A program made the translations under genes and the position numbers. A stretch of 35,944 nt of DNA, taken from a virus. Its lineage: Duplodnaviria > Caudoviricetes. The first letter of the stretch is position 1; each line of letters begins with the position of its first letter. The stretch is from positions 1-35,944 of the IMG/VR virus record IMGVR_UViG_3300020044_000715; one strand, 5' to 3'. Below, one piece after another: positions 34,631-35,944 of this stretch. The notes beneath the pieces are model-generated. The model did no database searches. It was not told the DNA's origin and saw nothing but the letters and a program-made list of their open reading frames with translations.

Positions 34631-35487
34631 CATTTGCAGTTTTCATTCTTACCAATGGCAGAGCCGATAACGTCATCACCTATAAAACATTAAGAAAACA
34701 AGGATACACAGGCAAAATTTATTTAATGGTTGATGATGAAGATAAACAACTTGACCAATACAAAAGCCTTTACCAAGACCAAGTCATAGTTTTTAGCAAG
34801 CAACAAGCTATTGAATACACAGACAGCGGAGACAATTTAAAGAAAAGAAATTCTGTTGTCTATGCAAGAAATTGGAATTTTGTCATTGCAAAAAATATGG
34901 GCATAGACTATTTTTTGCAGTTGGATGATGATTACAGTTATTTTTATAACACCATTAACAATGATGGAGACTACATAAGCGCACACATTGTTTTGCGTGA
35001 TTTGGATGCAGTCTTTAGAGCCATGACAGATTTTTTGATTGCTTCTAATGCTGATGCTGTTTGTATGTCCCAAGGCGGTGACTTCATTGGTGGCGACAAC
35101 GCAACAATGTCTAAGCTGGCTAAACAAGGCAAGTTTTCAAGAAAAGCCATGAATTCTTTCTTTATGAATACTGCCAAGCCTTTTAAGTTTATGGGGCGAA
35201 TTAACGAAGACGTTAACGCTTATGTTACATTGGGTAATGTTGGAAAACTATTCATAACTGTTCCACGCTTACGCTTAAAGCAAATGCCCACGCAGGCAAA
35301 CTCAGGAGGATTGACAGATATTTATTTAGATGTTGGTACTTATGTTAAGAGTTTTTATTCTGTAATGTATGCACCTAGTTGCATCAAGATTTCCAAGATG
35401 GGAGTTACACAACAAAGGTTGCATCACAAAGTCCAATGGAAATATGCAGTACCCAAGATAGTGGATGAATCAGTTAAGAAAGCCTAA
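34627..35487 (+). CDS. TET-associated / GREB1-like glycosyltransferase (GT-A fold)
   Basis: FILTNGR, ARN, QLDDD, GRINEDV, SGGLTD.Y, HH.V.W....PKI; ATGA coupling. Confidence 0.82.
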   Translation: MTFAVFILTNGRADNVITYKTLRKQGYTGKIYLMVDDEDKQLDQYKSLYQDQVIVFSKQQAIEYTDSGDNLKKRNSVVYARNWNFVIAKNMGIDYFLQLDDDYSYFYNTINNDGDYISAHIVLRDLDAVFRAMTDFLIASNADAVCMSQGGDFIGGDNATMSKLAKQGKFSRKAMNSFFMNTAKPFKFMGRINEDVNAYVTLGNVGKLFITVPRLRLKQMPTQANSGGLTDIYLDVGTYVKSFYSVMYAPSCIKISKMGVTQQRLHHKVQWKYAVPKIVDESVKKA

Positions 35488-35936
35488 TGCCCTACGCACC
35501 ATTTAATCATGTATGTAGGGAATTGGGATGTAAGAACACAAGAAGCAAACTTAACAGCTTTTGTTTAGAACATGGTGGTTTGCAACATACCAATGAAGGC
35601 AAAGACAACGCATACAGCAATCCAGCATGGCGCACTATAAGGCGCACACAGTTAAGCAAACAACCCTTATGTCAATCTTGCTTAACAAGAGGACACATAG
35701 CATCAGCATTGCACGTTGACCATGTATTCCCTTGGCGACATATAGGCGACCACGCATTCATTAACAACATCTTCCAAAGTCTGTGCCATGAATGCCATAG
35801 CCACAAGACAGCAAAAGAACGCAAGGGCATATATGAACACTACACACATGAAGGCATACAAGCCCTAACTAAAGCGGACTATGGCTACACCATGACCCAA
35901 TGGAATAAAACAGACAGCTGTGTATATGTCGCTTAA
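35487..35936 (+). CDS. Terminase-associated HNH endonuclease (HK97 gp74-like)
   Basis: PLCQSC, VDHVFP, QSLCHECHSHKT; precedes terS on the circular map. Confidence 0.92.
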   Translation: MPYAPFNHVCRELGCKNTRSKLNSFCLEHGGLQHTNEGKDNAYSNPAWRTIRRTQLSKQPLCQSCLTRGHIASALHVDHVFPWRHIGDHAFINNIFQSLCHECHSHKTAKERKGIYEHYTHEGIQALTKADYGYTMTQWNKTDSCVYVA

Positions 35937-35944
35937 CTCTTTGG

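Overview
A near-complete ~36 kb tailed-phage genome (HK97/lambda-like siphovirus). Gene content suggests a freshwater phage of a proteobacterial, probably betaproteobacterial, host; the host is inference. The + strand (113-23785) carries packaging, head, tail, tail-tip and lysis genes. These include two tandem capsid paralogs, two tandem tail-tube paralogs, a -1 frameshifted tail chaperone, a GNAT protein and a double 2OG-Fe(II) oxygenase. The - strand (23782-30445) is an early operon of small genes with ERF, an SSB-like gene and DUF932. A divergent control region follows, then a second + strand block (30649-35936): leaderless Cro-like gene, structured C4/CI-like antisense RNA, replication and nuclease genes, ferritin-like gene, ParB plus TAGT-like glycosyltransferase, and a terminase-associated HNH. 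I saw no integrase, CI repressor, polymerase or tRNA. The most striking feature is three complete type I hammerhead ribozymes (29535-29586, 29797-29848, 30089-30140, - strand) separating the first four early genes. Each catalytic CUGAUGA is in frame with the upstream ORF (it is the stop codon in two cases), and each cleavage site lies about 30 nt before the next start codon. This predicts a self-processing early mRNA that releases single-gene units able to circularise. Bases 1-121 are an exact inverted copy of 3788-3908 and are probably an amplification or assembly chimera.
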